NCBI RefSeq assembly: GCF_001194135.2
Contig: NC_068996.1
Location: forward strand, 57,156,818-57,205,244
Direction: 5' to 3'
From: Octopus bimaculoides
Taxonomy: Eukaryota
DNA: 48,427 nt
Below the pieces are notes generated by a model. The model worked only from the letters and a program-made list of their open reading frames with translations, did no database searches and had not been told where the DNA came from. Positions 23,617-36,030 of the stretch are shown here, one piece after another. The position numbers and the translations under genes are program-made. Within the stretch, counting starts at the first letter, position 1; each line of letters starts with the position of its first letter.

Positions 23617-24465
23617 CGTTAGATATATAGAGAGAGTAAGTTTTATTAGCATAGTGAGATATGTGTCTATGTGTCTGTGTGTGCGTACATGCGGCAATAT
23701 AAACAATACAATACATAAGACAAGCCTTCGTATGAACAATAGTATGTATACAGTAATAAGTGTGTATGTGAGTGAGAAATACAGAGCATGGAATGAGAGT
23801 CTGTAACATAGACTAAGAGAGTCCTGAACACAAAGATAGAGAAATACCAGTTCATAGAAGAGTTACACAGTAGGTAGAATATCTGTGCAAGAGATCGTGG
23901 CCGAATAGCAGAGCTGAGGTGTCACATGTTGTGTGTGAAGTTGAGCGTCGATGTTGTGACCGGTTATTTGGTACAGAAGATCCTCGTAGGTTGGTTCTGG
24001 CTGTTATTTTCATGGTGGAAACAATCCACACAAACAGTGTTGAGATGGAACCGCGGTTGCTGTTGGTAGCGTGTACTCTGGTGGTGGTGTTGGTGCTGGC
24101 AACGGAACTGTTGTAGACAGTAGATCGGTGGTGTTGTCGTCGCTGGAAAGTGGCTGGTTGGTGTGTGGTCAAACGACCAGACCTGTGAGAGGTCTGAAGT
24201 TGAGACAAACTGGCGTGGATGAAAGAGGGTTATTTATAGATTAAAAAAAGGGCTCCGGAAAAAGCAGAAAAACTCTCTCTCACGTGACCTTAACAGAAGG
24301 CCACGATTGGTCGGTATGCACCCTGGGGCGAAACAGAACTGGAGACAAATGCCGCGCAAATAAGAACCAATCAGGGTGGTGGATACAACGGTCCAAGCGC
24401 CGAAAGCTAGATGTTAGCCGCTACGTTATCATTCGTAAATAAATACCCGAGAGAGAGGTTTCACA
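23433..24465 (-). mobile_element. Solo LTR (probably Gypsy/BEL type)
   Basis: TGT...ACA termini. On the minus strand, in order: CCAAT-box motifs (24305-24310, 24367-24371), CACGTG (24281-24286), TATAAATA (24231-24238), AATAAA (23642-23647). Flanked by TTGGACT on both sides. No gag/pol. Confidence 0.75.
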
Positions 24466-24659
24466 TTGGACTCAATTATACAACTTTTATTTATATTGTT
24501 TGGCGTTCATTATTGTTGTTGTTTGAGGCGGGTAGAACGGATTTTGGTTAATATTAACAGCAGAATCGCTAGCNNNNNNNNNNCTTTTATTTATATTGTT
24601 TGGCGTTCATTATTGTTGTTGTTTGAGGCGGGTAGAACGGATTTTGGTTAATATTAACA

Positions 24660-25260
24660 GCAGAATCGCTAGCACGCCGGGCGAAATGCTTAGCGGTATT
24701 TCGCCTGTCTTTACGTTCTGAGTTCAAATTCTCCCGAGGTCGACTTTGCCTTTCATCCTCTCGTGTTCGATAAAATAAGTACTAGTTGAGCACTGGGGCC
24801 GATATAATCGACTTACACTCTCCCCAGAAATTTCCGGCCTTGTATCAAAATTTGAAATCAATATTAACCTTTTCTACTCTAGGCACAAGGCCCGAAATTT
24901 TGGGTGAGGGGGAGTCGATTAGCTCAACCTCAGTATGCAACTGGTACTTAATTCATCAACCCGAAAGGATGAAAGGCAAAGTCGACTTCGGTGAAATGAA
25001 TATTAACCGCACGTGGTATCAGATCGTCAGCAATCATGAACCTTTACAAATTCATGAATTTATTGGCTCGGAATGGTGGATCGGTAGAATCATTAGAAGC
25101 GTAGCAAAAAATGCTCTGTCATATTTATTCCGGCACTTTACGTTCTGGATTTAAAACTTGCAGACGTTGACTTGGCTTTTCATCTCTTCGTTATCAATAA
25201 AAGTACCAGTTGAGTATTGAAATAAAATACACCCTGCAAATTTTAGGCTTTGTACCTATA
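24660..25260. mobile_element. Cluster of three family A SINEs (+, -, +)
   Basis: 24660-24860 (+; GAGTTCAAATTC, TTTGCCTTTCATCC), 24870-25000 (-) and 25075-25260 (+, older). Confidence 0.82.
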
Positions 25261-25735
25261 TACTTAAAATATGTTTAAAACTAACTGTTGCTAATATATA
25301 ATCAATTAACATTACACAGTATTATAAACTCTCCATCAGTTTTTTTTTTGTTTGTTTGTTTTACTATTTGAGTCTTTTTAATCGGTATTATTGGATATTT
25401 TTCCGAGTAGAGAAGCAGGGTTGTTGAACTATCCCCTGGTGTTCTTTAAAGACGGTGGGTGGCAGATTTGACAGTATTAAGTTCCCCTGTACTCTGAATG
25501 GAAACGTTACCGAGTTTAACCTTACCTTTTAGTTTTCAAAGGGGTGAAATGAAAACACCAGTTAAGTAATAGATGGGGTGAGGACAGAGGTTGATATATA
25601 AATCGTCTGTTCCCTTCGATTAACAATTTATGCCTCCCTGTCTCTATTACAACTTACCCACCCCCAATATCAATGAAAGAAAATACCAGTCAAATAATAA
25701 ATTCAAATATTGGATTCATTTTATTTCTTATAGTT

Positions 25736-25739
<4 letters not shown>

Positions 25740-25797
<58 letters not shown>

Positions 25798-25811
25798 TCT
25801 CTCTCCCTCTC

Positions 25812-25844
<33 letters not shown>

Positions 25845-25845
25845 T
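25740..25845. repeat. (CT)n microsatellite
   Basis: Directly visible. Confidence 0.97.
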
Positions 25846-26954
25846 TGTTTTTCTCTCTCCCACTTTGTTCTTTTTCCTCTTCTCTCTCTATGTCTCTCCT
25901 TTCTGTTTTTTTTCCTCGACCTTTCTATCTCTCACACACACACACAAAGAGAGAATTGTTCCCGCTGTGTTTATGTTAGAAATCATCAGTGTTATTAATG
26001 CCACCATAGTCGTCGTCGTCGTCGTGTTTTTCATTGTCAAATATTTCTCTTTTATGTTTACAGTTGCGATGACATTTCCGTTTATGACAAATACTGTTGC
26101 TTCATCTAGCTTTTTTTTTATTGTGCTTTTGTGCTCTTTTTTTTTTTCCATTCAAACAAAAGTTTATTTTATTTTGTTTTGCTTTTTTTTTAAATACATC
26201 TGAAGAGAATGTACACTCAGCCAACGGAAATATTGACCATGCAGTAGCAAGCATTTCATGTTTATTCATTATATTCATCAGAAATGCCTTTTTTTTTTAT
26301 TAATGATCATTACAATTAGAACTTAACTTTTTTTTTCTTTTATTTCTGTTTGTAGTTAAATAATTTTACAATATCCTGCAGGAATACTGTTGTGGCAATT
26401 TTGTTTCATCTTATCTCGCAACAGTTATGAATTCAATGTCTGTCCCAGTTTGTGACGTAATGTTAAACATAACGACCTTATATTTTCCAATTGATTAACG
26501 GCAGAAAAAAAAGGTAAGGAATCATAATGAACCAACCAGATCCTTCTTGCTAGAATAGCAACAGCTGGTTAATTCCACCAAGTCAGCAATTCTTGGATAC
26601 TGAACGAGTTCTTGCAGAATAGCTTCGTGACTTTGTCGGTATCTCGGTCAGTCCCGACTGACGGCATTTCCAGTAAAGCTCATTCCGAACCGATTAATAC
26701 CTCCAAATAATATGGTGAGGGATATACAGACGTTGTCGAAAATGCCTGGACGTTGTTCAAAATATCTGGAATAAAAGATCTACGAAATAGACTTGTGTAG
26801 TTTTAACAAAACATTAGACAGACTAGTCCTAAATATACAAAACAAAACAAAAAATCTAAAAAACTGGTATCGTCATGTTTGGGTTGCCTTTGATCAGAGG
26901 CGAAGTGAATTAGAGCTGATTCGGGAGTAAATAACAACAATCATTCACCTAGGT

Positions 26955-27140
26955 ACCACCAGATCATCTGGTAATGTTACCTGTGATAGACTGATGTCCT
27001 ATCCTGGTAGAAGTTTATCTCTCATCCTTTCTCTCGCCTTTTTGTACACAACACTATACTCTCCATTGTCACATCCCACCAGATCATCGGGTAATGTTAC
27101 CCGTGCTAAACTGGTGTCTTATCCTGATGGAGGTTTATCA
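26955..27140 (+). repeat. Tandem duplication of a ~70-bp SINE-like segment, ~120-bp period
   Basis: CCACCAGATCATC.GGTAATGTTACC.GTG.TA.ACTG.TGTC.TATCCTG occurs at ~26956 and ~27076. Confidence 0.75.
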
Positions 27141-28399
27141 TTATCACTATGTAGACGTTGATTATTCCTGTTGTGAAACCAGTCTTATTTGCTATAAACC
27201 TTGAAGTATTTTATCCCTCAATGATCAGGTGTAACTACTCAATTAGTGTACTCCATTGCTCAAAGCAGTTTTCAAAACCCTACAAGCATACTGAATTGAC
27301 TTGTTAACCATTTAATTCTTAAATAATTAATTCCTTGTAATATAGAAGGAAGTAATTTGCTTTGATATCAGCGTCAACAAAATCAGGGTTATAAGGAATG
27401 CAGTGTACACCCATTCAGTCTCCCTTTTTAACAGCCCAGTTGAATTTTGAACATCACCAAATAACATGGCTCACGTGACCATTGGGCATTCTCTTAGATT
27501 TTTTTTTAATGCTGGCATAACCTCCAACTGTTCGAAAGCTGCATCTCAGTCATATCTACATAAACATACATACATTCCTACTCCCCTACCTCCTCCTTGT
27601 ACATCATCAGTCATCCCCCACCCTATCTCTCATTTCACAACATGTTTTGCATTAGTTGTTTTCCTTGAAGACAAGAAGCATGCTTTTGTTTGTTTTTTTC
27701 TTTCTGTATTTGTTCCCCTTTATTCTTGCATTTCATATTTTTTTAGCTGTACAGCAGATATTTTACAATAATTTTCTAGATATAGATGACTCTTATGTCA
27801 TTCCATTCATAGTAAACACAATCTCTCAAATGGGTTATTCTAAATACAGTTATTATTCCCCTTATTTTCCTGTCTAGTCTTGTTAAATCACTCCACAATT
27901 CATCATCCTTAGGCCAACAAAATAAACTTCTGGTCAAGTACTTCAATCAACTTCAACAACTAATTTCCCACAAATTTCTGGTTCTCAAAACAATTTCTCG
28001 CAATTACCTTTCTTACTTTCAAATTTCCACTATCATATAAATTCTATCCTATGAATTTTGGGTTTTGTAGATTTGGGACCTTGCTGTGTATTTAGTCATA
28101 GGGGTTGATTAAATGCTAAATATTTTTGCCAGAACTTCATGCATGCCTATTAAAATATTTCACCCTAAAGTCTGGGATCTTATCATCCTTCCCAGTTCCT
28201 TTTGTTTGTTTGGTTTTTTTTATCCTAGCATCTCAGCTACCACTTGAGTTGATATTGCCCTCCACAACTGTGCAGGTGCTGCGCTTGTTTTCAAACATTC
28301 TCGTCAACCCCTCTTCTCACATTCCTTTTCTCTCACTGCTGGGATTGCATTGATGTCTATTTTTCTTTTATCAACATCTTGATAAAATCGATTTTAATT

Positions 28400-28940
28400 G
28401 GAATCAATTTTTTTTTGTTTTATTTAAAGAATTCTTGACGTTTTTCATACCAATGATTCTTTGCAGTTTAACAAGGATCTCTTGATTTAGACATTCATTA
28501 ATTTGAGGTACATTTTTGTTTTGCTATATTATATTTTGGGATTATTTGTGTTTTTCATTTTGTTTTCATTATTGATTTCATTAAGGATTGAGAGATTTTT
28601 TTTCCTCTTGTTTCCTGGTTTTTTTTTAATTCTGTATTTGTTTTTTTACATTTAGATATTCCAGAATAAGTAGATCTAAGAATGAACCCAATTTTCCTTT
28701 GCAACTACAGTGTCTCTTCTGCATATATTGTTTCATTTACCTTGATAATCTTGGCATTTACATCAGTTTTCATTAAATTTGTGATGTGGTTTTTATTGTT
28801 CTTATTTCATAATTAAGTTTTATGTTTCGGTGAGTGCTTTCATTGGTCTTCCATTGAAGTCTTCCATTCATATTCATTCTTTAATTATTCTCACCTTTAG
28901 ATTATTGTCATATTCAGAATTCTCGTTTTCACAATTTTCT
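28400..28940 (-). mobile_element. Possible R4/Dong ORF N-terminal remnant
   Basis: VNETIYAEETL..RKIG resembles the pre-RT motif N..IYAAATVV..K.G. Segment 28440-28490 is similar to 19985-20025. Confidence 0.4.
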
Positions 28941-28951
28941 TTATTTTGCTC

Positions 28952-29035
28952 TATTGTATATGTCATTTAGTATATTGTATATGTCATTTAGTATATTGTA
29001 TATGTCATTTAGTATATTGCATATGTCATTTAGTA
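28952..29035. repeat. 21-bp minisatellite x4 (TATTGTATATGTCATTTAGTA)
   Basis: Four units with one substitution. Confidence 0.97.
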
Positions 29036-29264
29036 TTTCTCACCCTCAGTCCATTTTAGTTATTTTGGTTATTTTCATATTTTAAAAAGATTTTTGCAAA
29101 TTTTACTTGCCAAAAATTATTCACAACTGCTTTCCTTGTCTGTAAAAACAAGTTGTCATCACTTGCAGTGAACTTTATTATGCTGATGAGATCCAATATG
29201 GCTAAAATATCTCCATAGATGTACTCCTTTCCCACAAACAAAGACTACATTTCCCACTAAGTGT

Positions 29265-30050
29265 CATCATCATCATTTAACATCTGCTTTCTATGCTGGC
29301 ATGGGTTGGATAGTTTGACTGAAAACTGGTAAGCCAGGAAGTTGCACCAGGTTCCGATCTGATTTGGCAAGGTTTCTACCCCAACCACTCTGACTGAGAG
29401 TGTGGTGGGTGCTTTTTACATGCCACTAGCATGGGTACCATTGACCTGAAACTGGCATCAGCCACGACTACAATCTCACTTGGCTTCACAGGTCAACATA
29501 AGCATGGTATATCACCAACGGTTTTGGTCACCTGTCACTGCCTCCATGAGACCCAATGTTCGAATAGTGCTTTTTATGTGCTACTGACACAGGTGCCAGT
29601 CACTGGCATCAGCTATGACTACAATTTCACTTGGTTCAACAGGTCATCACAAGCACAGCATATCGCCCAATGATTGAAGGGTGCTTTTAAAAGGGCCAGT
29701 TATGCATCACTGGCATTGACCACAAGTGCAATCTCACTCAGCTTGATGTCACTGCCTCCATGAGGTCCAACACATAAATGCCACCAGCATGGGTGCCAGA
29801 CAGCACTGGCATCGACCATGATTATGATTTCACTTGGTTCAACAGGTCTTCACAAGCACAGCATATCACCCAACGACTGGAGGGTGCTTTTAATGGGCCT
29901 GTTAAATGACACTGGTATCGGCCATGACTATGATCTCACTTGGCTTGACAGGTCTTCTCAAAGCACAGCATATCTCCAAAGGTCTCAGTTGCATGTCATT
30001 GCCTCTGTGAGGCCCATCATTCGAAGATTGTGCTACCACCTCATCCCATA
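29265..30050 (-). mobile_element. Family D SINE-like retroelement with (GAT)n tail and an internal array of ~5 degenerate 110-150-bp units
   Basis: CATCATCATTTAACATCTGCTTTCTATGCTGGCATGGGTTGG tail (reverse complement), then repeated CACTGGCATC.GCCATGACTA..ATCTCACTTGG.T..ACAGGTC.TCACAAGCACAGCATATC units. Other copies: 37700-37920, 40130-40420 (fragments), 41578-42183. Confidence 0.75.
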
Positions 30051-30089
30051 AATTTTGAAAGATTGTTAATTCCTTGAAATTATCTAAGA

Positions 30090-30480
30090 TAGTAAATTTA
30101 GAGAACTGTTAAAGCATTGAAGAAAGTGTCTAACACTCATTTTTTTCCAGCCCTTTATGTTCCGAGTTCAAATCCTGTTGATTTCAATATTACTTTCCAT
30201 CTTTTTTAAGGGCTAGTATCATTTATCAACTGACCTCCTTCACCTTCCTCTAATTCTAAGCCTTAACCCTTACGTTACAAACAATATTATGAAGAAGATG
30301 ATTTGGCAGAATCATTTTAGAGCATCAGAGAAAATACTTTGCAGTTTTTCTTTTTCTTTCTTTCAACTCTCCACATTCTGAATTCAAATGTGGCTGAGGT
30401 CTGCTTCTCCTCTCATCCTTTTGAGTTTCACAAAATAAAGTACCAGTCAAATACTGAGTTCAATTTAACTAACCCTCTCA
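30090..30480 (+). mobile_element. Two old family A SINEs
   Basis: GAGTTCAAATCC and GAATTCAAATG B-box remnants; TTCCATCTTTT and CTCATCCTTT motifs. Confidence 0.6.
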
Positions 30481-30774
30481 CCTCCTCCAAATTTCTAATC
30501 ATGAGCTTAGAAACAATTTCTTGAAATTATTTCCCTTTCTTGCAGAATTTCTAACACTAACCACTAGGTATTAGTTTTCTTTCTCTTACAAAGATGGAAA
30601 TTTGTAATTAATTGAGAATTTTTATTTATTTATTTTTTCATGTATACACATAATTCAGTAGATTACTTCATACCTTACTGATCTAAATTCATGGTATTGG
30701 CCCACTTCAGTTATTCCCCTTGGTAGACTTTTTTCTTTTGAATTATATTTACTACTTAGTTACTCCTGAAAATT

Positions 30775-30990
30775 AATGAAGTGACCTGACGTAGCCTTAG
30801 TTTTCGGCAGGTCACACTCTGGGAGTTTATTGGTGGGCGGAGCAGATATCTGTCAACATCCCTCCCACTCTCCCATCACCATTGCCATGGTAATAATAAC
30901 TTTGTAAATATCCACATCACTATCTATGACTCATTTGCTCACACATTTGCCATCTAATTAACGAGATTAACTGTTTCCATGGGAACAACA
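30775..30990. promoter_or_regulatory. Candidate intronic enhancer or alternative promoter with two RFX X-boxes
   Basis: Non-repetitive by eye. GTTTCCATGGGAAC (30973-30986), ATTGCCATGGTAAT (30880-30893), ATTGG plus GGGCGG (30829-30840), TGACTCA (30927-30933), TGACGT (30787-30792), inverted GTGACCTG/CAGGTCAC and TGTAAATA. Confidence 0.5.
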
Positions 30991-31149
30991 TCCTTGCGCC
31001 TGCACACAGTTGCATGTTTATGACCGGCTGCGTGTCTTGTGCAAGTGTGAATGAGCGTTCGGCCATGCATCTATGTGTGTTTGTATGTGGGTGGGGAAGG
31101 AGGGGGTGAATGCTTGTACATGTGAAGTAAGTATATAAACTGGTGTAAG

Positions 31150-31150
<1 letters not shown>

Positions 31151-31245
<95 letters not shown>

Positions 31246-31410
31246 GGTTACATACACACGTGTGTAACTGTATTAAATAATTCGTAAATTAATTTATATA
31301 TGATGTTGTATGTGTGTGTGCATGTGGGAGAGAGAGAGAGAAAGAGAAAGGGAAGGAGAAAGAGAAAGAGAAAGGGAAGGAGAAAGAGAAAGGGAAGGAG
31401 AAAGAGAGAG
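31151..31410. repeat. (TG)n microsatellite and purine-rich GAAAGA/GGGAAGGA repeat
   Basis: Directly visible. Confidence 0.95.
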
Positions 31411-32196
31411 ATAGATAAACAATTAATTAATAATATAAAGGGGCATAGAACACTTTAATATTTTTGTGTGATTAAGCAAATACAAACAACACACACACAT
31501 AAACACACCGCACACATTATCCATACATAATTACACAAGCAGGTAGGATGATAGATGCCAACACAATTAGATAGGTAGATAAATACACAGATAGATTGCC
31601 CAAGTAAAGCAAATAAATGGATTGATGATAAAATTGTGTGAGTATACACACATGTGCACACACACACACTCATAGACACACAGACACACACACACACACA
31701 CACACACTGAAAGACAGAAAATAGAATAATATAGATGTGTGCTTAAGGATCATATCCTGCCTGTATGTTTAGATATCAAGATAAGATAGTATTTTATGTA
31801 TTTATTTATTTTATTATTACTGTCTTACCTCTATATTTCATTGCTATCTGAGGTGGTGGGCTGGGCTGGTATGATTTATTTGTTACTGCAATTGTTTTTA
31901 CAGCTGGACACCCTTGCTATTTCTTCCTATCCTTAAGGAAGCTCATGTAATAATGTGGGCATAGGGTAGACTGGTGTATATGTGTGTGTGTGTATGTATA
32001 TATATATATATATATACACACAAACATATACACATACAAATATATAGATATATGTTTATTTATATATATATATGTTCATGCATAAATATATCATGTATAT
32101 ATATGTATGTAAACATACATTGATATATATATATATAAAATAGTAGTATAACAAGCACAGATATATATATATAGAGAGAGAGATTATATATATACA

Positions 32197-32231
<35 letters not shown>

Positions 32232-32409
32232 TTATTTATTTATATATATATATTATACAATGGCAATCATAATACTTTGCACCTGTATGTTAGGGTGTAC
32301 TCTCAATAAACAAAATGAATTAAGTAAAGTATTTATGTATCTTCCTCATCATCTGCTACATCATCAGCATCAGCATCAGCAATATTACTATCTTCATTGT
32401 TGTTTAAAC

Positions 32410-33000
32410 TATACTTTTGTTCTTTATCCACAAAAGTATTGTTTGAATAGAAGTTTTCTTGATTTTGGTTCATCATGCCAATGAAGGTTAATGATCCAGA
32501 AAGTTTGAAGAAGCCTATCAAACTTTGAAAATTCTCTCCTGAATACCAAAGACACTTCTCACAATCCTTCTTCCTTGGAATACATTTCTCTGGAATTCCT
32601 TCCCTGCTCATTCATTAACTGCTGACTTTGATCCAAATAAGTTTAAACCGAATATCAAATATAAACAGGAAATTATAGGCCTATAATTTTCTGCTTATAT
32701 TTCTTATACTTCTCCGATGACAGAATACCCAGCATTTGGAACCTTGGATCAATATGATAATCCAGTAACTGAGATATCCCAAAAACAGCTGTAAGAGACT
32801 ATATCTACATCTATTAATTCTATTTACATTGTATTAGCATTAACTCTCTTAAATTAAACTAAACTAAATAAACTTAGTCCTGCCTTGAATAACCGTTTTC
32901 CTCTTCTTTAACTCATACCTACTGATTCTAAGGTAAGCTACTAACTATCGATTCTCTTCCAACTGGACATTTGTGCTAGCATAACTCCAGCCACTATTTC
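32410..33000 (-). mobile_element. CR1-clade LINE 3' ORF remnant
   Basis: GLSY*.RFQMLGILSSEKYKKY..KIIGL, KCIPRKKDCEK and KFDRLLQT resemble LSYWERL.MLKLYSL.RRRERY..KII.GL, FNCIPK and LDRLLQTIPD. Confidence 0.62.
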
Positions 33001-33244
33001 AACTGGGATCCTAGTGGCTTGTCAATTGGAGTGCTCAGACTGCATCTTTATTAGTTTCGGTCACCTTGTCCTAAATTCCTCATCTTATATATGTATATAT
33101 ATATATATATATATATTTAAATGTAGATATATATATATAGTGAATACCTGCCCTGTTCTCTCTATATTTATGTCGTTGTCATCACATTCATGTTGATTTT
33201 TCCATACTTGCATGAGTTGGATAGCCACCAGCCACCTCTTATTT

Positions 33245-33472
33245 CTTTATTGCCCACAAGGGGCTAAAGATAGAGGGGACAAACAAGGACATACAAAGGG
33301 ATTAAGTCGATTACATCGACCCCAGTGCGTAACTGGTACTTAATTTATCGACCCCCCTGAAAGGATGAAAGGCAAAGTCAACCTCGGCGGAATTTGAACT
33401 CAGAACGTAGCGGCAGGCAAAATACTGCTAAGCATTTCACCCGGCATGCTAACCACTCTGCCAACTCGCCAC
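33245..33472 (-). mobile_element. Well-preserved (young) family A SINE
   Basis: Reverse complement reads GGTGGCGAGTTGGCAGAGTGGTTAGC...GTTCTGAGTTCAAATTCCGCCGAGGTTGACTTTGCCTTTCATCC...TGTGGGCAATAAAGAAATAAG. Confidence 0.9.
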
Positions 33473-34003
33473 CTCTTGCTTCCAAAAATGTGATATTTCT
33501 TATGGCCAGACATGATTTCATGGAGATTTGGAAATGAATGACAGCACATGTATGGTAACTCTCATACAAAACAATGAGAAGACAAGGAGATGCCAACACA
33601 CACACATATGCATATACATTTATATGCACACATGCACACATACACACACACATATACACACACATACACATATATGCAATGAGCTCCATTCAATTTCCAT
33701 CAACCAAAATCCATTTCTAAGGCTATGTTCTCTGCCTGGATTTATAGTTGAATTTACATGTCCATGCTGCTATGTTGTGGGATTGAACCAAAAACCATGT
33801 GGTTGTGGACTTCTTAACCACAAGGCCATCCCTGTATACACATGTATATACATACACTACACAAATATATAGAGCCATACCTACACACATAGGCAGTCAC
33901 ATATACATACATACATAGACAGTCTCACACACACACATACCAATATATAGATTTTTTTTGTCATTTTTTTCAAACAGAAATAACTTAAATAGGTACATTT
34001 TAA

Positions 34004-34223
34004 CTCTTTTGCATTTAAATTGGCCATATCCAGCCAAAATATTCTACTTGCTATAAGTTCAAATAGGATAGATTTGATCTCTCACACCTACCCTACAATG
34101 TCATTCTAAATTTAAAGTATCACATCATCAAACTTCAAGGCTATGAGATAATGCAGGATTAATTTCTACACAATGTGAATGAATAATCATTACATTTGAC
34201 AGAATAATTTGAATGCTGAAGGG
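34004..34223. mobile_element. piggyBac-like MITE
   Basis: TTAA on both sides (34000-34003, 34224-34227). 18-bp TIRs CTCTTTTGCATTTAAATT and (reverse complement) CCCTTCAGCATTCAAATT. Confidence 0.8.
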
Positions 34224-35209
34224 TTAAGGGCATATACACTTGCTTACACACATACAGACACATAAACATACATGCATGTATGCATACATGCATAGACACA
34301 CACACATACACACTCTCTCTCTCTCTCATGCACACACTTGTACACATATGTATATGTGTATATATCTGTGTGTGTACAATTCAAATCAAATCAAAGAATA
34401 TTGGTGAGGTATTCCCATGAAAACATTGCCCTAGTGCAAACATAAGCAGCCTGAGTGAGTTGTTTGGAAGAGGAAGTGACAATCATGTCGAGTGAGTGAG
34501 GTCAGTTGCCGCAGCACATGTGAACATTTCTCCTTACATCAGTGAGAAGAAGAATAGTTAGAAAGAACTGCAGGCATGGGTGTGGGATAAAATGAGTTGG
34601 CTTAGCAAGCATGCGGTTTCAGGGTCAAACCTACCACCAGGCACTTTGGATAAGAGATTTTCTATAGTGCCAGGCCACCCAATGAATTTAGGAGAGAGAG
34701 ACCTTGTGGAAACTCATTATATTTGTGTGTGTGAATCATTTTATTTGTTTCCTGCCATGTAGTAACTGGTGATGATTTGTTTGTAGCCTTGTAACTTAGC
34801 AGTTCAGCAAATAGGAGACAATAAAATAGATACCAGACTGAAAATAAGTACTAGGGTCAATTTAATTGAATAAACCCTTCCAAGCTGTCCCCCAGCAAGG
34901 CTACATTCCAAAGACCATAAAAAGTAAACAGATGAAAGACTAACAGAAAGAGTTTGTTATAAATTCACATTTAAACCAAAAGTTAATGACAACAATTGCT
35001 TTAGCATTGTTGTGACAGTCTGTTAGAGGAAGGTTGGAAATATGCAAGACTTTGATATGTAACAATTACCGTCATTGTCATCCAAATTCCAGTGATTTTT
35101 GCTTCTTTGTTAGAAACCTGATCCCTCCTTCTGGGAAGAAGACTAACAAAAAAAAAACAAATGAAAGGAAGATAACATTATCACATGTATAAACACATAT
35201 ACATAGATA

Positions 35210-35515
35210 CATATGCATATACATGGATATTTACATACACATATAGATAGACAAACCGACAAACAGACAGATAGACAGACAGAAAGAGATAGACAGACAG
35301 GCACACACACACACACACAACACAACACATATATACACATGTACATACATGCATACATACATACATGCACGTATGCATACAGACATACATACATACGTAC
35401 ATACATACATACACACACATACACACATACATACATACATACATACATACATACATACATACATACATACATGCATGCATACGTACATACATACATACAT
35501 ACATGCATACATGCA
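35210..35515. repeat. (AGAC)/(CA)/(TACA)n compound microsatellite
   Basis: Directly visible. Confidence 0.96.
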
Positions 35516-35849
35516 GTAGGCAAGCAGTAGAGGCAAAAATAAATCCGTAAATTACGTGAATTGATTATAATAAATCCATGACTGTTATATATTGATTTAC
35601 ATCTTACAAATCAGGGATCACTCTTTTCAAAATTCCCTCGGTACCAAATGTTGATCCATAGAACAGATGCACACTTGGAAGAAATACACTCTCCATACTG
35701 CCAAAAAGTTTTGGTCAAATGATTTAAAAGTAACTTTAGAATGCAAAAGGGTATCAACAGGGTTTTTTTTTTTTTATCTTTCTACATTATTTAGCATTTC
35801 AAAGGGAAATCAAAGCTGACAAGAACATCTCTATGTGATTGGTTGATCT

Positions 35850-36030
35850 TAGCTGCTTAATTTCCCTTGCCAGGTGTTCTTAACTGTAGATGGAATTGTA
35901 GTATTGCTGCTAAGGTATATAGCATGTCTGGGATGTCTTGGCACTCTTAATCCAGGTAGAATCCATTCCTCTCCACATCTAATGATGGCCAATTTCTTCT
36001 GGACATGCACTCTTACAACTCCATCTAGAG
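35850..36030 (-). mobile_element. Possible RTE 3' ORF fragment
   Basis: CPEEIGHH and PRHPRHAIYLSSNTTIP weakly resemble the RTE C-terminus. Confidence 0.35.

Noticed and set aside
23852-24208. 118-aa minus-strand ORF in the LTR
   Set aside because: Low-complexity Ser/Thr-rich sequence with no gag/pol motifs.
24484-24673. 90-bp exact direct repeat next to the LTR
   Set aside because: Same 10-N gap artefact.
29400-30050. Regularly spaced repeats resembling a CRISPR array
   Set aside because: Eukaryotic context, long degenerate units without unique spacers, and no cas genes.
33380-33472. SINE heads with A/B boxes as tRNA genes (also 43480-43545 and 21720-21785)
   Set aside because: No complete cloverleaf, and each continues into a SINE body.
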